A DNA stretch of 64,000 nt from Parasitella parasitica NRRL 2501. Lineage: Eukaryota > Fungi > Mucoromycota. Below are positions 1 to 13,083 of this stretch, one piece after another. A model generated the notes under the pieces. The model was not told the origin of the DNA. It ran no database searches and saw nothing but the letters and a program-made list of their open reading frames with translations. The stretch covers positions 165,786 to 229,785 of the forward strand of contig MU619271.1 in assembly GCA_025201805.1 (NCBI GenBank), read 5' to 3'. The position numbers were made by a program, and so were the translations under genes. Every line of letters starts with the position of its first letter. Positions within the stretch are counted from its first letter, which is position 1.

Positions 1-701
1 CATGTTAAGCTTGGCTCTTGTTTGCTGGTAGCTTTCAGAGCAGAGTCTACTATCGACAAAGACTTCACCATGGCTCCATCCATCACCGGGAGTCAAATCA
101 ATCTCCTCCTCTTCCTCTGATCCAGATGGTACAGCATCGTCCAAAAGATTCTCTGCCTCTTCGAATGCAGGAACAGATACGTCAATTGGTGTAGTATTAG
201 TATCGATTATTTGTACAGAGGACCGACATACCTAACACAACCTGCTTTGAATGTCAACGTGATGGCAGGTGCTTCATCGAGAATCACACCATACGCGATG
301 GAGTTTCCGATTATTGAGCGGGCAACAGTCTTTCCCTTGAAGTTCAAACCAGGTGTGTTCCAATCATACTTATTCATAAGAATAGAATTTTCGTCTGAAT
401 TCGTGATAAAACGCTTGTTGACGACGGATACAAGTACGTTTACATCTAATCGATTGTTAACGGGAGGCATTTGAATTACTATTTTTGGAAAGAAGTGAAG
501 TTTTTTTGAAGGTAAATGCAGTGAAAGTTTATAAACAAAACAAATTCGAATCATTTAAAAAATATCTGTGTATGCAAATAAACTTTGTACGCGTAGAGCG
601 TAATTATAAAAAATCAAACCCTCATCTATTCAAAAATCTTCATTTAGCATCGGCCCAACTGGGCTGAATCGGCCCAAATGGGCTGACCTAATCTATACTT
701 G
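1..701 (-). mobile_element. Probable 5' end of a piggyBac-like DNA transposon with a frameshifted ORF running off the window start
   Basis: TTAA at 702-705 lies 15 bp from two tandem 19-bp semi-palindromic repeats ATCGGCCCAA(C/A)TGGGCTGA (649-667, 668-686). The minus-strand ORF MPPVNNRLDV... shifts frame near 215 into an open acidic frame (...SGSEEEEEIDLTPGDGWSHGEVFVDSR...RAKLNM) that continues past base 1. No catalytic domain lies inside the window. Confidence 0.4.
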
Positions 702-848
702 TTAATTAGAACGGAGTGTACAGCTTAATAAATCGCCTTTTTTGGATTTTTTTAAGTTTTGTTTGTTGATTGATCCGCGTACAACAAGAGTAGAAGATCG
801 AGTCAAAGAGGCGGTTGCAATTAAGAGAAAGCTGGGATAAGCGATAAG

Positions 849-1745
849 CTAAAAGGAAAAAAAAATTGTTGGAATAATATGTTGAGAAATAAAATAATAA
901 AAATAAAAATAAAAGGTAAAATACGATAGCGCGACAGTGCGATCAACTGACCACAAGAGTGAATGGCAACGATCCTCTTCAATGGTCTGTCGAACATTGG
1001 ATCGGATAGAAACCATTATCGATGTAGGAACAATGGGCACTTGGTCAAAAATATATCTTATATGAGCAAGCCATATTTGAGAGAGACTTATGAGGAGGAT
1101 TCTGTATGGAGATATTCCTTGATACTGGCAATACCAAATATTGAAAAAATCCAGAGACAGAAGAGCCTGCTTGATACCAGAGATGGATGTAGTAGGCCGC
1201 AGAAACTCAAAGATGACACCCTGCCATACCTGCTCCTTGGAGGGACAATGAAAGAGGAGATGAGTAGCAGAGTCAAACATGGCAGGCATTATACAATGTG
1301 AAAAGCCACGGTGTGGGATACACCCGACAATGAACCGGTACACCACATTGCGCTGCATTGCAGTAAGAGACAAGGACCAAAACAATTTCCAATAGCAGAA
1401 GAAACGTTGCGAAGAGTTGCTGGGGGAGTGACAATCGAGAGAACAGCCGAACGAAATGTTTTGGCGGAGGCCTGCGAGGTGACAAAAGATCGACCATCGA
1501 CGCAAAGAAGTTGATTCACAAAAGGAGCAAAAGATACCTCGGAGTCCTCGAGGGGAGCAGGGCCACAGACGGGTACGAAATACTGTATCCTAGACGTTTG
1601 GTACACGGAGGGCCGTGTTGAGAAGAAGCCAAGAGGAGGAAGAAAAAAGGAGACGACAAAGTTTGAGTATGAACATGGCTACTCCAAAAAAGGCTCTTCA
1701 AGCGTAGTTGTAAATGCCACGAAGCGAGCTGTAAACCTGTCAATT
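849..1745 (-). mobile_element. Degenerate L1-like LINE, 3' part of ORF2 (zf-RVT / C-terminal region)
   Basis: Frameshifted fragments ...RNVVYRFIVGCIPH...DSATHLLFHCPSKEQVW...LISLSQIWLAHIRYIFD match the LINE C-terminal pattern HxxxxC..W...IW..H. Confidence 0.75.
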
Positions 1746-2315
1746 TTTGCAGGCATCTCCTACCATGGCGTTGAAGATGTCTCAGTTAAAGTAGTCAAAG
1801 GAGGCACGACAGGGGAGATCTTTAAGGATTTTGTGAGTGGGATTATGAAGAAGCTGGATGATACCAATGCTGGTTCCCACTTTTTTGTGATGTATAATGC
1901 CTCCATTCACAAATCGCCTGCGGTAAAAGAGCTTTTAAGAACTCAAATCATCACATGTGCCTGTTGCCTCCTTATTCGCCTTTCCTCGACCATATTGAGG
2001 AGTGTTTATCGAAGCTGAAAACTTTGGTCAAAAGAAAACCAGGTTTGAGAGGCTCAAATGAATTGATTGAGCACATCAAACAGAGTACTCATGAGATTTC
2101 TGACCAAAATTGCAAAGGATGGATTGATCACAGTATTCAGTTCTTTGCAGATTGCGCAGAAAAAAAAGAGGTTTATTAGTTTGCCAATAAAGATACGTGT
2201 CAAATCATACCGTTAGTACCATATGTATATGTAATGCCTTAGACAATTTTTTGCCGTTTTGATCTAATGTTTTTGCCAAATTCAATAAACATTTTTGGCA
2301 AATTCAGATACAGGC
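1746..2315 (+). mobile_element. Tc1/mariner (IS630-like, DDE_3) transposase 3' fragment with right-end subterminal repeats
   Basis: GGTTGEIFKDF...VMYNASIH (D mutated to Y), frameshift, then LPPYSPFLDHIEECLSKLK. About 22-bp tandem units TTTTTG(C/G)C.. lie at 2247-2312. Confidence 0.8.
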
Positions 2316-2349
2316 TTAGCTGATTGCAGTTTTTTTTTGCTCATTTGTA

Positions 2350-3833
2350 TTATAAATCCGGTACCATTTTCAGCAATAAATCGTCCCGGAATGAGGTCCA
2401 ATTGGTGTCGACTGCTCAGACGAGAAGATTATTCCATAATACGACGATTGATAATCCTGGTGAACAGTTTGTAGTCTGCATTCGTCAACGACAATGGTCG
2501 GTAGCTTTGGATGTTCGCTGAGTCCCCTTTCTTGTACTGCAGGCACATCACCGACTCATTCCACGACTTTGGAAATTTACCTCGCTGAAGGGCAGTATTA
2601 TACACTTCAGAAATCAAAGCTTGGCAAGGTGAAAATTTTAACACAAGATACAAGATTTCATAAGGTAGGCCATCTGGTCCAGGGCTACTTTTACGAGGAG
2701 TACGCTTACTTTCTTCCAGTAGGTCGTCAATGTCAATCTGTTCCATTAAACTGTCCTGCTGTTCTGATGAAAGTTTCAGGCTTGAAGGAATGGAACAAAT
2801 GAGTCTTGTTAAGGCTGTAAAGTCAGGGGTAGAAGGAGTAAAAATCAGTAGTAGCTATCTTCGAAATAGTATATTGATCCTGAGAAGGTGTTTCCGTAAT
2901 GGGATCCCTGAGTTCTCTGATTGTAAGCTTGTTTTCCCGAGCAGCACTAGTACGCTTCAAGAAACCTGCTGATTTATCCCCATGCTCTCTCCAGTACTTG
3001 CCAGATTTCAATATCTCAATCTCGGCAATAGATTGCTACAAAGAAGCGATTTAGGCATTGATCCAATCCAGCCCTTGAAAGATGAGACCTCTATGTTTGG
3101 AATATCTCATTGCTTTGTTCCGCTTGGCGAGCAATTTGTGCAATTGCTTCTTTCGCCAATTGAGATCCTTCCGCTGAAATTCTTTAACAAAAAGCTTAAC
3201 GTCGCCTTTAATCCAATCCCATCGTTGTTGTGGGGTAAAAATTTTCGTGATCATGGTGAGTTGCTCCATATTAGACTCGAGATGATGGGCAAGAGCCTGG
3301 CGAAAATCTGTATTGCGAGCAAGGAAGGGATTAGCCTTCCAACTGCCTGGTCCACGATTGGATGTGTCCGTATAATTAAAGGTGCAGCATAAGAGTTCAT
3401 GGTCTGTCCACTCAGGAGACATATAATATTGATCTCTAGTCGTTATAAGATGATGAGAATTAGACGAGCAAAATATGTAATCCAAGATTCCAGAATTGCG
3501 GCCACTATGCCAGGTAAACTTCTTATCCTCCCCAAAAACATCAATGTAGTGATCATCTAACAAATCGATTCACTCAGTAGGAGCACAGAGTAGACTGCCA
3601 TCCATTCAACGATTTTTGTATTTATAGTTGAAATCCCCCATAATAAATGTAGTGTTGTTGTTATTATAATTAGTAAGAGTCTCCCTGAAAATAGGAATAG
3701 ACAGTAATTCAGAATAAAATGCTGATCTAGCGGATAGTAATGCCGATTGACCATAAATATTTAGGATAGTTACAATTGGTGGTATAGTAGGTGAGTCGGC
3801 CCGTTCTTGTTGGGTTAAATAGATCGATGCCAA
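2350..3833 (-). mobile_element. Degenerate L1-like LINE ORF2: APE endonuclease and RT N-terminus
   Basis: TILNIYG, FIMGDFNY, LDYIF, WTDH (APE); GSWKANP; WREHGDKSAGFLKR; SSPGPDGLPYE, KKGD..SYRPLSLTNADYKLFTRII, PGRFIAENG (RT). Multiple frameshifts and stops. Confidence 0.9.
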
Positions 3834-5579
3834 AATGACTTTTTTGGATTTCGAATCTGCTAATTTGGTTGATTCAAGCTATTTCGCCCGACTTTCAACA
3901 TGATTTACTCTGTTGAAAGAGATCTTATTTCAAATCAAAATACATGACCATTTATTTCACGCTTTGTTGCATACGCACATATTTTTTTATAGTTTTCTAA
4001 AGCTTCTATATATTTTTAATTAGTTTTTGAAAATGAGATATACTTGATTTAACGCCGACTTCTCAAAAATTCGAAACTTGAATGGGAATTACAAAACCAA
4101 ACAAAGCAATTATACACTCGATTCCTCGCTGGATTGTGTTTTTTTGCTGTGTTTTTGTATGTCTTTATATATGCGAATTCGAATGGCGTGAATTGACTAT
4201 GCGTGAAATTTGAGTCTTATTTTTTCAGTTATGCCCTTTTAGTTATACCATTCCATTATAGTCTTAACCTAGCTCGATAAGCACTTTCTTCGGCTTTAAA
4301 AAAATGTTCTCGTACATGCACATTTATATTTTCTAATGGGAACATCGGGGAGGCCGTGGCTAAAATTAATTTTCATGACAATATTTGTCGTGCTCAATGT
4401 TGTTTTCGGGACACGGTTCTTGAAAAAAAAGTGTCTTACTAATTCAAATAGGATTTGTGAAAGACTACTGCCAGGATTTCATGTCATGTCGAATGGAGAA
4501 TGTCAAAAGTTCAATTTGGTTTTGGGCAACTTAGCCTGCCAATAAACAAAGTTAGTAAGCTAGCGCACAACTTCGGCATGTCTTCAGGAGAACATATGAC
4601 TTTAGAACAAGATTAATTGTTGTCATTAATCTAATTTCCACCACTCAATATAAAAGTGACAAAACGATGGAAACAATAATAGTTTCAGATTTTTTTGGTT
4701 TGCATGATAGCAATAAACAATTTTGATTGGCATGAATCAACGCATATATAAACCGTAGTTAATAATGGGGGATGGGTCTTTTATCTATAGCAGATTCGAA
4801 AAATGCATAAAACTTATCCATTTTTTAGTTTCCAAATTCGTCTATATTCATAATGTAGAGGTTATCTGACATAGATAACCTACATCAATTCACAAGCTCA
4901 CAGCTTTACTGATTTCTATAAAGAATACAAGCTATTTCTATCTTCTAATTACTTCTAAAATTAAACAACATTTTCTTAGCACACTATTTCATATATGCTA
5001 CAAATAATATTCTATTATATAAAAAACTCAAAAATTATACAAAACAGTTCCAATGAAACAAACTATTCAAAAAAGCGAGGTTTAAAATTTGAAACTCCGA
5101 TATTCCAAAACAATTGCCACTGGCAATTTGGGCGACCGATGGTCAGCGATTGGACGTAATTTTGACATGTAAATTTGTGATAACTTTATTGATATCAATA
5201 AAAACATGGATATCAATGTTGTTGCCAGATAGCGCCAAGTCAATGCTAAGTTTTCCAAGTTAGATCTCGGTTCTTCAGTGATTTTAGCACAAGTTATGAG
5301 CAAATATCTGACGTTAATTGCTGTATCGTTAGAATACTATAGTTATAACTATTTCAACTCAGCTGTCATGATAACGGTTTCTGATCGGATCTAAGGTTAA
5401 ATGGCATTGGCCAATGTTTGTAGTGAATATAAGTAATGAATAGAATGTCTTGTATAAGAAACCATCTCTTTGGGTGCTATTCATTCTAATTTGCGAAGCT
5501 CAACTTATCGATGAATGATTCACATTCATAATGATTACCTGATCATATATTAAAATAGGTCTTGCTCTAGTGTTAAAAT

Positions 5580-6017
5580 TGTTGTGTCAGTGGTGTCAAA
5601 GGGCGCAGCGTAATGTTATGTAAATATGATTTATATAAAGTTATAATGACTTTTCTGAGTAAAACCAGATCAAAGCTGAAGACTTTTATTGACATAAGAT
5701 ATGATCCCAACTAATGTTTATCCACATAACATCTGATGTTTGATAAGAAGTGTCAAACCTTATTAAAACATAGCATTTTCAGGACAGACCTATCTTTCTA
5801 TTTTACATTAAAGAGAAGATTGGGTAGGATGCCTTCCCGACATCCCGCGATCTGGTCTAGATGTATTCTTTGAATAATCCTGGAACCTTGCAAAAGGTCC
5901 AATTACAATTTCTAGCTTATTCCTTATTTGTAAAAAAATTACCGAAAATTAATATCATGATCCGTGCATTATGACTAAGTTAGATATAACATATGTAGCC
6001 TTTATATGGTTACAACA
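5580..6017. mobile_element. Solo LTR (438 bp), copy 1
   Basis: Starts TGTTGT and ends ACAACA (inverted termini). Flanked by a perfect 5-bp duplication AAAAT (5575-5579, 6018-6022). Homologous over its whole length to 52642-53108. Confidence 0.85.
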
Positions 6018-7449
6018 AAAATATTGTTTGACAATTAAATGTCAAGCATGATCTGATTGTATTTTATAGATGGAATCAGATAGATTTGTTCTACTATAAA
6101 TAGACAGCTTCTTGTCAATTAATAAATCAATAGTTTTGTATCTGGTAAATTAAGTCTTTATTATTTCTTTAGATTCTTTATATCATATACAAGCACTTGC
6201 TATCCTCAGTTTCAAGACCTGGCACAACAGCATTCTTTTACTTTTTGAAAGTCTTTGCTTTTTGCGGATAACGTCTATCCAGGAAGATTTTTTTTTATCA
6301 GCTTTATCACATTTTTACAATTTTTCGCTATGCTGTTTTACCCTGGTACAAGCGTATGCTAGTAAGCAGCTTTTTTTGGAAGCGGATGGCAATGGTGACC
6401 AGAAATTCAGTCGAATCAGTGCCCGTAAACTAACTTGCAACAGCATTGATGTGTCAATTTCCCAACCGGAAGTCAAACTCAAGTAAACTCAATCCTGAAC
6501 ACAATTCAGGAACATATCCCAATGGATCATGTTCCTTATTTATAACTCAACATGACATGTTCATGGACAATAGATACAACCTATCGTTCCATTCTCTAAA
6601 TCACACCATGTCTCACACTTGTATCTTATCCTCCCATCAGCCCATTTAGATTCACTAGTATATAAACCATCATTTTTTTCCATGTAATAAACGAGAGATT
6701 TACCTGATTAATTTACAACCGTTTTATTTGAATAATTTCTCATTCTGATAAATCAAGTATATTATACGCAACTTTATAATTTTTTGGCAAACCAGGATTT
6801 CTCTCATTTTAGGCCCTGAGTCCGACGGTGTAAGGAATAAGTACATAGTCATTTTGACAAGTTTGTGATTAATATGGATGGATTAATATATTCATCGAAC
6901 AATTATGGAAGTCATATTCTATTGAAGTTTCAATAGAAATTAACAAAAGATTTTGAAGAAAGGTGCCCCCAACCGAAAAAAAGTGATTATCGTAAACTTT
7001 ACTAACCATCAAAATAAGCTCAAGGTGGTTGACAGAGCAATTGTTAAACAAGATGCATCTGATTTGATACTGTTTAATTGTCGTTCCGCTTCCAACAAAC
7101 CTGTTCATCTCTGGAAGCATTCTTAGCACACAGTTTGTTAAGCAGTACTCTGGGCCGGTTGGAAAAAATGGTAGAATGGATAATAATTAAAGTAATCCTT
7201 GGGCCATTGGTAACAACATACTACCAAAAAAAAACCCCCCAGCTGATTTAATGACTTCGTACAAATAATGGCAATTAGTTTGTGATATTTCATTGATATC
7301 TGGTCAGTTATCTCTATCTTCCAATTATATCATCTTGAAAATGAAAACAAATTTCTGTAGCCAACCTCATTATACCATAATAAAGGTCCTCGAGTCATTT
7401 CCCAATTGGCGCTATTTTGCTTTAGAAGCTACATTTCATTTTGTATAAG

Positions 7450-7830
7450 ACGTCATTTATATTTTTCGAAACAAAACACTTTATTCAGATTTGGGCCTTA
7501 AGAAGGAATCACATTCATTGAAACAATATTATGCTTGTTTAACTTGGTTATATTGGTTCATCATAAAATTAAAAACTGTATCCTAGGGACTACAAAATCG
7601 AGACCACCAAGTGAGCAACATCTGCTATCCCTAAAGGTACCTCACTAGTCTATACCTCTAGTTTATCAGTGACACTTTGGGCAATAGGCAAATTCTCTAA
7701 TGCAAAGAGCTTTCATTTTACTATGGATAATGCCCTAATCCATAGCTATGATATTAAAATAAAATTACTTACTCCCAGTTAAATGAAATAATTTAGGCAA
7801 TATGGATATTATTACTAGAAGGTTTAAGGA
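7450..7830 (+). mobile_element. Highly decayed Tc1/mariner transposase relic
   Basis: Broken frames KGT..SLYL*FISDTLG...KFSNAKSFHFTMDNALIHS resemble the segment KGTTTAHFVKFMNELLD...YLVMDNCTIH of the intact element at 27.9 kb. Confidence 0.55.
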
Positions 7831-8781
7831 AGGAAGTGAAGACAAGGAATTTGTCACTTTTCAAATGATATGCGCTCGTAATCCAGGTGGCTAAAATGAG
7901 CTTATCGATCTAATTTCAAATAAAATGGATTACATTTTTCCATCTTTTTAAGTACAACAAGTATAAATATAATCATTGTTGTAACCACAATTGACGAGAG
8001 AAGATTAGCATTAACATTGTTTCATTTAAAATAAGGTACTGTTGGTATCTCAATCAACAATGATGAAATTGAGAACGCAATAAAGTAAGAAATAGAAGCA
8101 ATGAAATAATCCTATTGGCACTCATCAATTTATATTATGAGCAACGAATAAAGAAGGAATCGCTCGAGTCCTCATTACAGACGTTGCTGGTATATCAAAT
8201 ATGAATACTGCGTAAAGATAGTCAAAACGTTCATTAAAATATATTTCGTTTGGAAACAATCCGAGTATTAAATGGTGCATGAGAATCTGGTCAAGGCCAT
8301 GCTTACGATTTATCCAAAGCAGCATTGAACGTGTCGACTCGTTTAACTGAAATAAAACTTTGTTTTATTGAATTTTGCTCTTCATTCAGACAGAGCTTCT
8401 ATAACTTTTTAGAGGAGACCACGTCCCTTTTATGGCCCAAAATTGGGTTCATGGATGTTATGTAAATCAATAGTTGCACATCCAGTATCAGAGGCAGGAA
8501 AAACCTTAAAAAAGAAAAGAACTTGCGTAATAACCCATTTTCGGAGCTTCCGGCTAAATGCTTCATGCAATCACGGTGTCAAAGATGCATTACAGCAGTA
8601 ACGGTGATCGACAGTGCATTTGTCAGCATCTTAATAATCTCAATTGTTGGAATGTCTTGGAAAAAACGTCATAGTTTTTGTTTTTTTGCATCATCGCGAG
8701 CAAAAATGAGTATAAAAGAATCGCCCCAAAAAACGTAATAAGCAATTTAAATAATTGTCTATTATTATACAACGAAAACAA

Positions 8782-9629
8782 ATGTCCTCAACTTACGTCG
8801 TAACTGGTGCTTCTCGCGGCCTTGGCCTTGAATTTGTAAGGCAATTGGCTAAAAAGGGCAACACAGTATTTGCATGTGCTCGCAATCCTGGCAACGCAGA
8901 CAAACTTAAAGAGCTGGTCGATGACAAACATGTTTTTGCCATCAAATTTGATACTACCGATTTAGAGTCTATCAAGGTAAAAGAAAATACAATTAGGTAT
9001 CCAGTATAAATTGTGTGTAATTGACAGTTGTTTCTATCAAGTCTGGTGTTGAAGAAATTTCCAAACATGCACCTCAAGGCATTGATGTTTTGATCAATAA
9101 TGCTGGTATTGGTGGTGGAAACTCCAAGAACCCCCAAACCTTGTATGTATTCAATTGTTGGAGATAGTCCTATGCATATGCTAACTCTAGCCTGGAAATT
9201 AGATTAGAGGAGGATTTGATAAATATCTTCCAAACCAATGTTGTAGGTGTATCGAATGTCACCAAGGCGTTTTTGCCATTGCTTCAAAAGCGCGGCCATG
9301 ATCATGTCAAAAAAATTTTGAACATATCCTCTATTCTTGGCTCAATTGAGCTTATTAATCAAATTGCTCCCACTGGTTCTCAACCTGCATACAACATTTC
9401 AAAAGCTGCTTTGAATATGTATGTCAAAATGTTATCTAACAATCTCGCCAAGGAAAACTTTATTGTTTATTCCAGCCACCCGGGTTGGGTACGCACGGAT
9501 ATGGGAGGTGAATCTGCTCCTGTCGAAGTTGAAGACTCTATTAAGGGACAATTAGCCAAACTTGAAAGCGCTACTGCAAAGGATAATGGAGGTTTCTTTG
9601 ATTTCGAAGGAAAAGCTCTTCCTTGGTAA
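8782..9629 (+). CDS. Short-chain dehydrogenase/reductase (CsgA/C-factor-like), 3 exons
   Basis: VVTGASRGLG, DVLINNAG, NISS, YNISKAAL (YxxxK), HPGWVRTDMGG. Introns about 8977-9041 and 9143-9202. Confidence 0.92.
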
Positions 9630-10789
9630 AGTAGCAAGGTCCATCACTAGGATAATTTAAACACACATGTATCAATAAAGCATTGCTGATTTCAAACGCT
9701 CTCGCATTCCGCCTATCAATGTTATTTACGCCAATAATAGGCAGACAAGTAGTTAGCATATAAGTGTAAATTGCCTGAAATAGTATGTGATCTGGTACCG
9801 TAGCTGAATCATCATTAGGCGACATGATCTTGCGTTATCTTGAAACTTAATTTCTACTGTAGTTTTAAACTATTGTTTATGTTTTTGTCGATATAGCCTA
9901 CATTTTCTATATATTCTAAAAATTAAGCGTCCAAAAGATGTAGTACGTAAATATCTATACATTTTTCGGTGGTACTTTTGATGCATTTGACGTTTTTGTT
10001 GTTTTTAGTAGGTTAAGAAGATTAGAACGCAAGATTATTCTTGATTTGATGTCCTACGATCTTCATTGTCAATCACTTGTGCTAGTTTCAACTGAGCAGT
10101 TTTGGACAGGACTATCTGATGCAAACCTTAGTCAACATATTGAAGTGTATTAGTTTCCTTTGTTGTACGTCTATATTTTGTATTCGAAAACTAGCAAAAA
10201 TAAATCTTGGTCTTCTTTACCACCTTCTCGCTACTCTTATACAAACCACGGATTTTTATCAATAAAATGAAGCTTTATTGTATGCATTGTAATTGTGCTC
10301 CTTTATCTTTTTCTGTTTTGCACGAGACCTACAATTAGGCATAGCAAAATCACGAAATGTAGAGATTCCATACGGAGAAGGAGGTGATTTAGAAGTATAG
10401 AAAGGTACAACAGTTACGGGAAAAAAGGCTGCAGTGGAGAGCATAATGTCAGATATACAATTTAAAGACGACAGCCCTTGTGCTTTTAAGTATAGTAAAT
10501 TATACAAATCTTTTACGTAGTATGTGTCAGGTTTTAGCTCAATAATTCTGATATAAGGATGAATGCATATGTAACTAGCAAAATAATAGTGAGAAAAGCC
10601 TAATAAAGGTTACAAAGTAAGATAAAAACAGCATAACAAAAATATAGATGATTTTTGCAAAGGAAAAATTTATATACCATTATTTATAAAACTGGATAAA
10701 CTGTAATACTAAAGTACAAAGCAAAATGTATGCATTTTATAGAGAATGACATATAACAAAACGTAAACAACCAGAGAAAATATCTACTT

Positions 10790-11756
10790 AAGATCTTGGC
10801 TTCTTTCTGGTTGTATCTGTAGAGGAATAAAAGTTCAGGCTTGTCCAAACAGCTATTAAACCAAGAAATATCGTCATTGTTGATATTGTTAGTGGGTATG
10901 GTATCCAATACTTATTGACAACCTTGAAGTAAGTTAAGGTGGCCACGATTGTAGGAAAGATAGTCGAACCAAGATGAGAGACGCTGCTACCAATCTCGAT
11001 GGTTTTATGTCGTCTCACCCTTGGGAGGTATATAGTGGGGCGATTTAGCTCAATTAAAGTACAAGCAAGTCCACAGATTTAACAGAAGTTGATCTTTGGT
11101 CAAGATTTACTCTCGTCAACAGGCAATCCAGCATATCCTTGAGAGCATGCGGTAACTTGTAAGGATGACGATAATAAATCAAGATGATAAATTGCATGCA
11201 GACAACATGAAACGGAAGATGTATGGTAGAAACTCTCGTTTATGAACTTGGTTCCTCACAGTATCTTGATCCTTTGCCCCTGACTCACTTGCTCCGCATT
11301 TTTCAAATAGTGTTTCCCACACAGCTTGATAGCTATATTCGTCTGCCTCATTTTGAATTTGTTCAAAAAGCGCTCAAAGCCTTTGGACGTTTGTGGACGC
11401 TTTTGCTCCTTGCACTCAACAATTTCGTTCAATTCGGCATGTGTAAACACTTTGTACGCCTCGAGGTCCATAATAAACGACCTGGCGGGATGTTCGTGAT
11501 TGCATTGTACGCCAAATAAAAACTGCTGATCGTCAACACACTTAATAGTTGACAAATACCAATTCTTAGACGAATCAAATTTCTTAAAGTGTCCCTCAAA
11601 TTTTAGGTTATGCTCTTCGATACCAGTCTTTAGTGTACTGATCATAACTGGTTTGGCAGCAATGTTGATATTGGCGGCACTAGCACGATTTGCACTAGCA
11701 CTAGCGGTAATAATTGAACTAATAGTAGCAGATTCCATTGTATTTCTGGTCTTCAT
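10790..11756 (-). pseudogene. Decayed copy of an expanded Mucorales protein family (internal deletion, stops)
   Basis: WYLS..KCVDD..F.FG..C.HEHPARSFIMD...FT.AELNEI, then fragments KLPHALKDMLDCL and ...HLGSTIFPTIV..., which I recall as recurrent motifs of a Mucorales multigene family. The frames are broken. Confidence 0.5.
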
Positions 11757-12189
11757 GTAGAAATGCTGATCAACGACAGTATTATTTAATAACTACTGAA
11801 AATTAAAACATTGTTAGCATCTACCTCTCTTATTGTCTATTGGTAGTAAGACAATTACTTGGTTGACATCCTTCTTTACTCATGTAGCCCAAAGATTGCA
11901 AGATTTATGACTAGGATTATTTGATGATCAAGGATTTCTTGCATTCCGTGTATTCTTCACATCCCGATAAAGCGGCAAATCGAGTACAGTATAAATTAGT
12001 ATTTATCAAGTTTCGTTCCTTTTGTAGATAGTTTGGCAATTGAAAAAAAGTAACACGAAAGAGCTTGCACTTTTTGAAGAAAAAAGTTGTCGCATTTATA
12101 CGATGAGCTACCATTTATTTTTTGAAAGCGGACAAGGAAGAGCTACTATAAACAAGGACAGATACGATGCTATGATGGAACTTACAGAG

Positions 12190-12692
12190 GAGAAAGACCC
12201 GCATAAATAGACGAATTAGCACCTTATTCTGCTTTCATGGCAGCAGCAAGCAACATGATTGCCAGAGACAACCAAGATTAAGACGTCGAGCCAATAGCAA
12301 GCTGCGCCAAAGGGCACAGTAACCAATCAGTACCTCAACTTCACTGAAAATGTTCTGGACAAAATAGACAAGTATCCTGAGATGAAGGGGGCATTACTTG
12401 ATAATGGAGAAAGCTCCCATTTATATATCCAAAAAAAAAAAATCAAGGTGGTGTTGAAACTTGCGGTTACAAATGTATTTATCTGCCAGCATAATCTCTT
12501 GAGCTCAATCCAATAGAACAGTTTTGGCCTGTTATTAAGAATAATGTAAAGAAAGAATTTGTGCTCAAGAAAAATACACTTCCTGCCATTATTGAGAATA
12601 CTAGTAACAAGTTACCACCTTCATCTTTTGAAGGATTTGCTCGTTATTCGGTGAAACCCTTATAGGATTGTCTAAATGGCCTTCCAATTTAA
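12190..12692 (+). mobile_element. Degenerate Tc1/mariner transposase relic
   Basis: GTVTNQYLNF..NVLDKIDKYPEMKG, GYKCIYLPA*SLELNPIEQFWPVIKNNVK...CLNGLPI*. Confidence 0.8.
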
Positions 12693-13039
12693 TTTAAATC
12701 AGCAAAAGTGTAATTTAGAGTTCACATGATAATTCTCCGCGGTGAGGTTGATCCAATAGGTTTAATCTCAATGATGTAAATACAATTCTAAAATACAAGG
12801 TTAGCATTTGTGTGGGGAAGGCAAGAAAATCTAGAAAAGCTAAAATTTATAACTTGTGCAAGACTACATAGCTCGAAGATATGCCATTCACAACTGATAC
12901 ATACGACAATACGACTCTGAACTCATGTGCATTTTGGCACTTGTATATGTAGACAAAAGCAGAAAATTCAAAGAATGTGGTCATTCGGCTAAACAATTAT
13001 TACACAAATAAAGGAAGAGGGAACATTGGGAAAATATAT

Positions 13040-13073
<34 letters not shown>

Positions 13074-13083
13074 NNNNNNNNNN

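Noticed and set aside
3840-5500. AT-rich stretch with short ORFs, possibly a non-autonomous element
   Set aside because: No TIR, TSD or protein motif could be supported.
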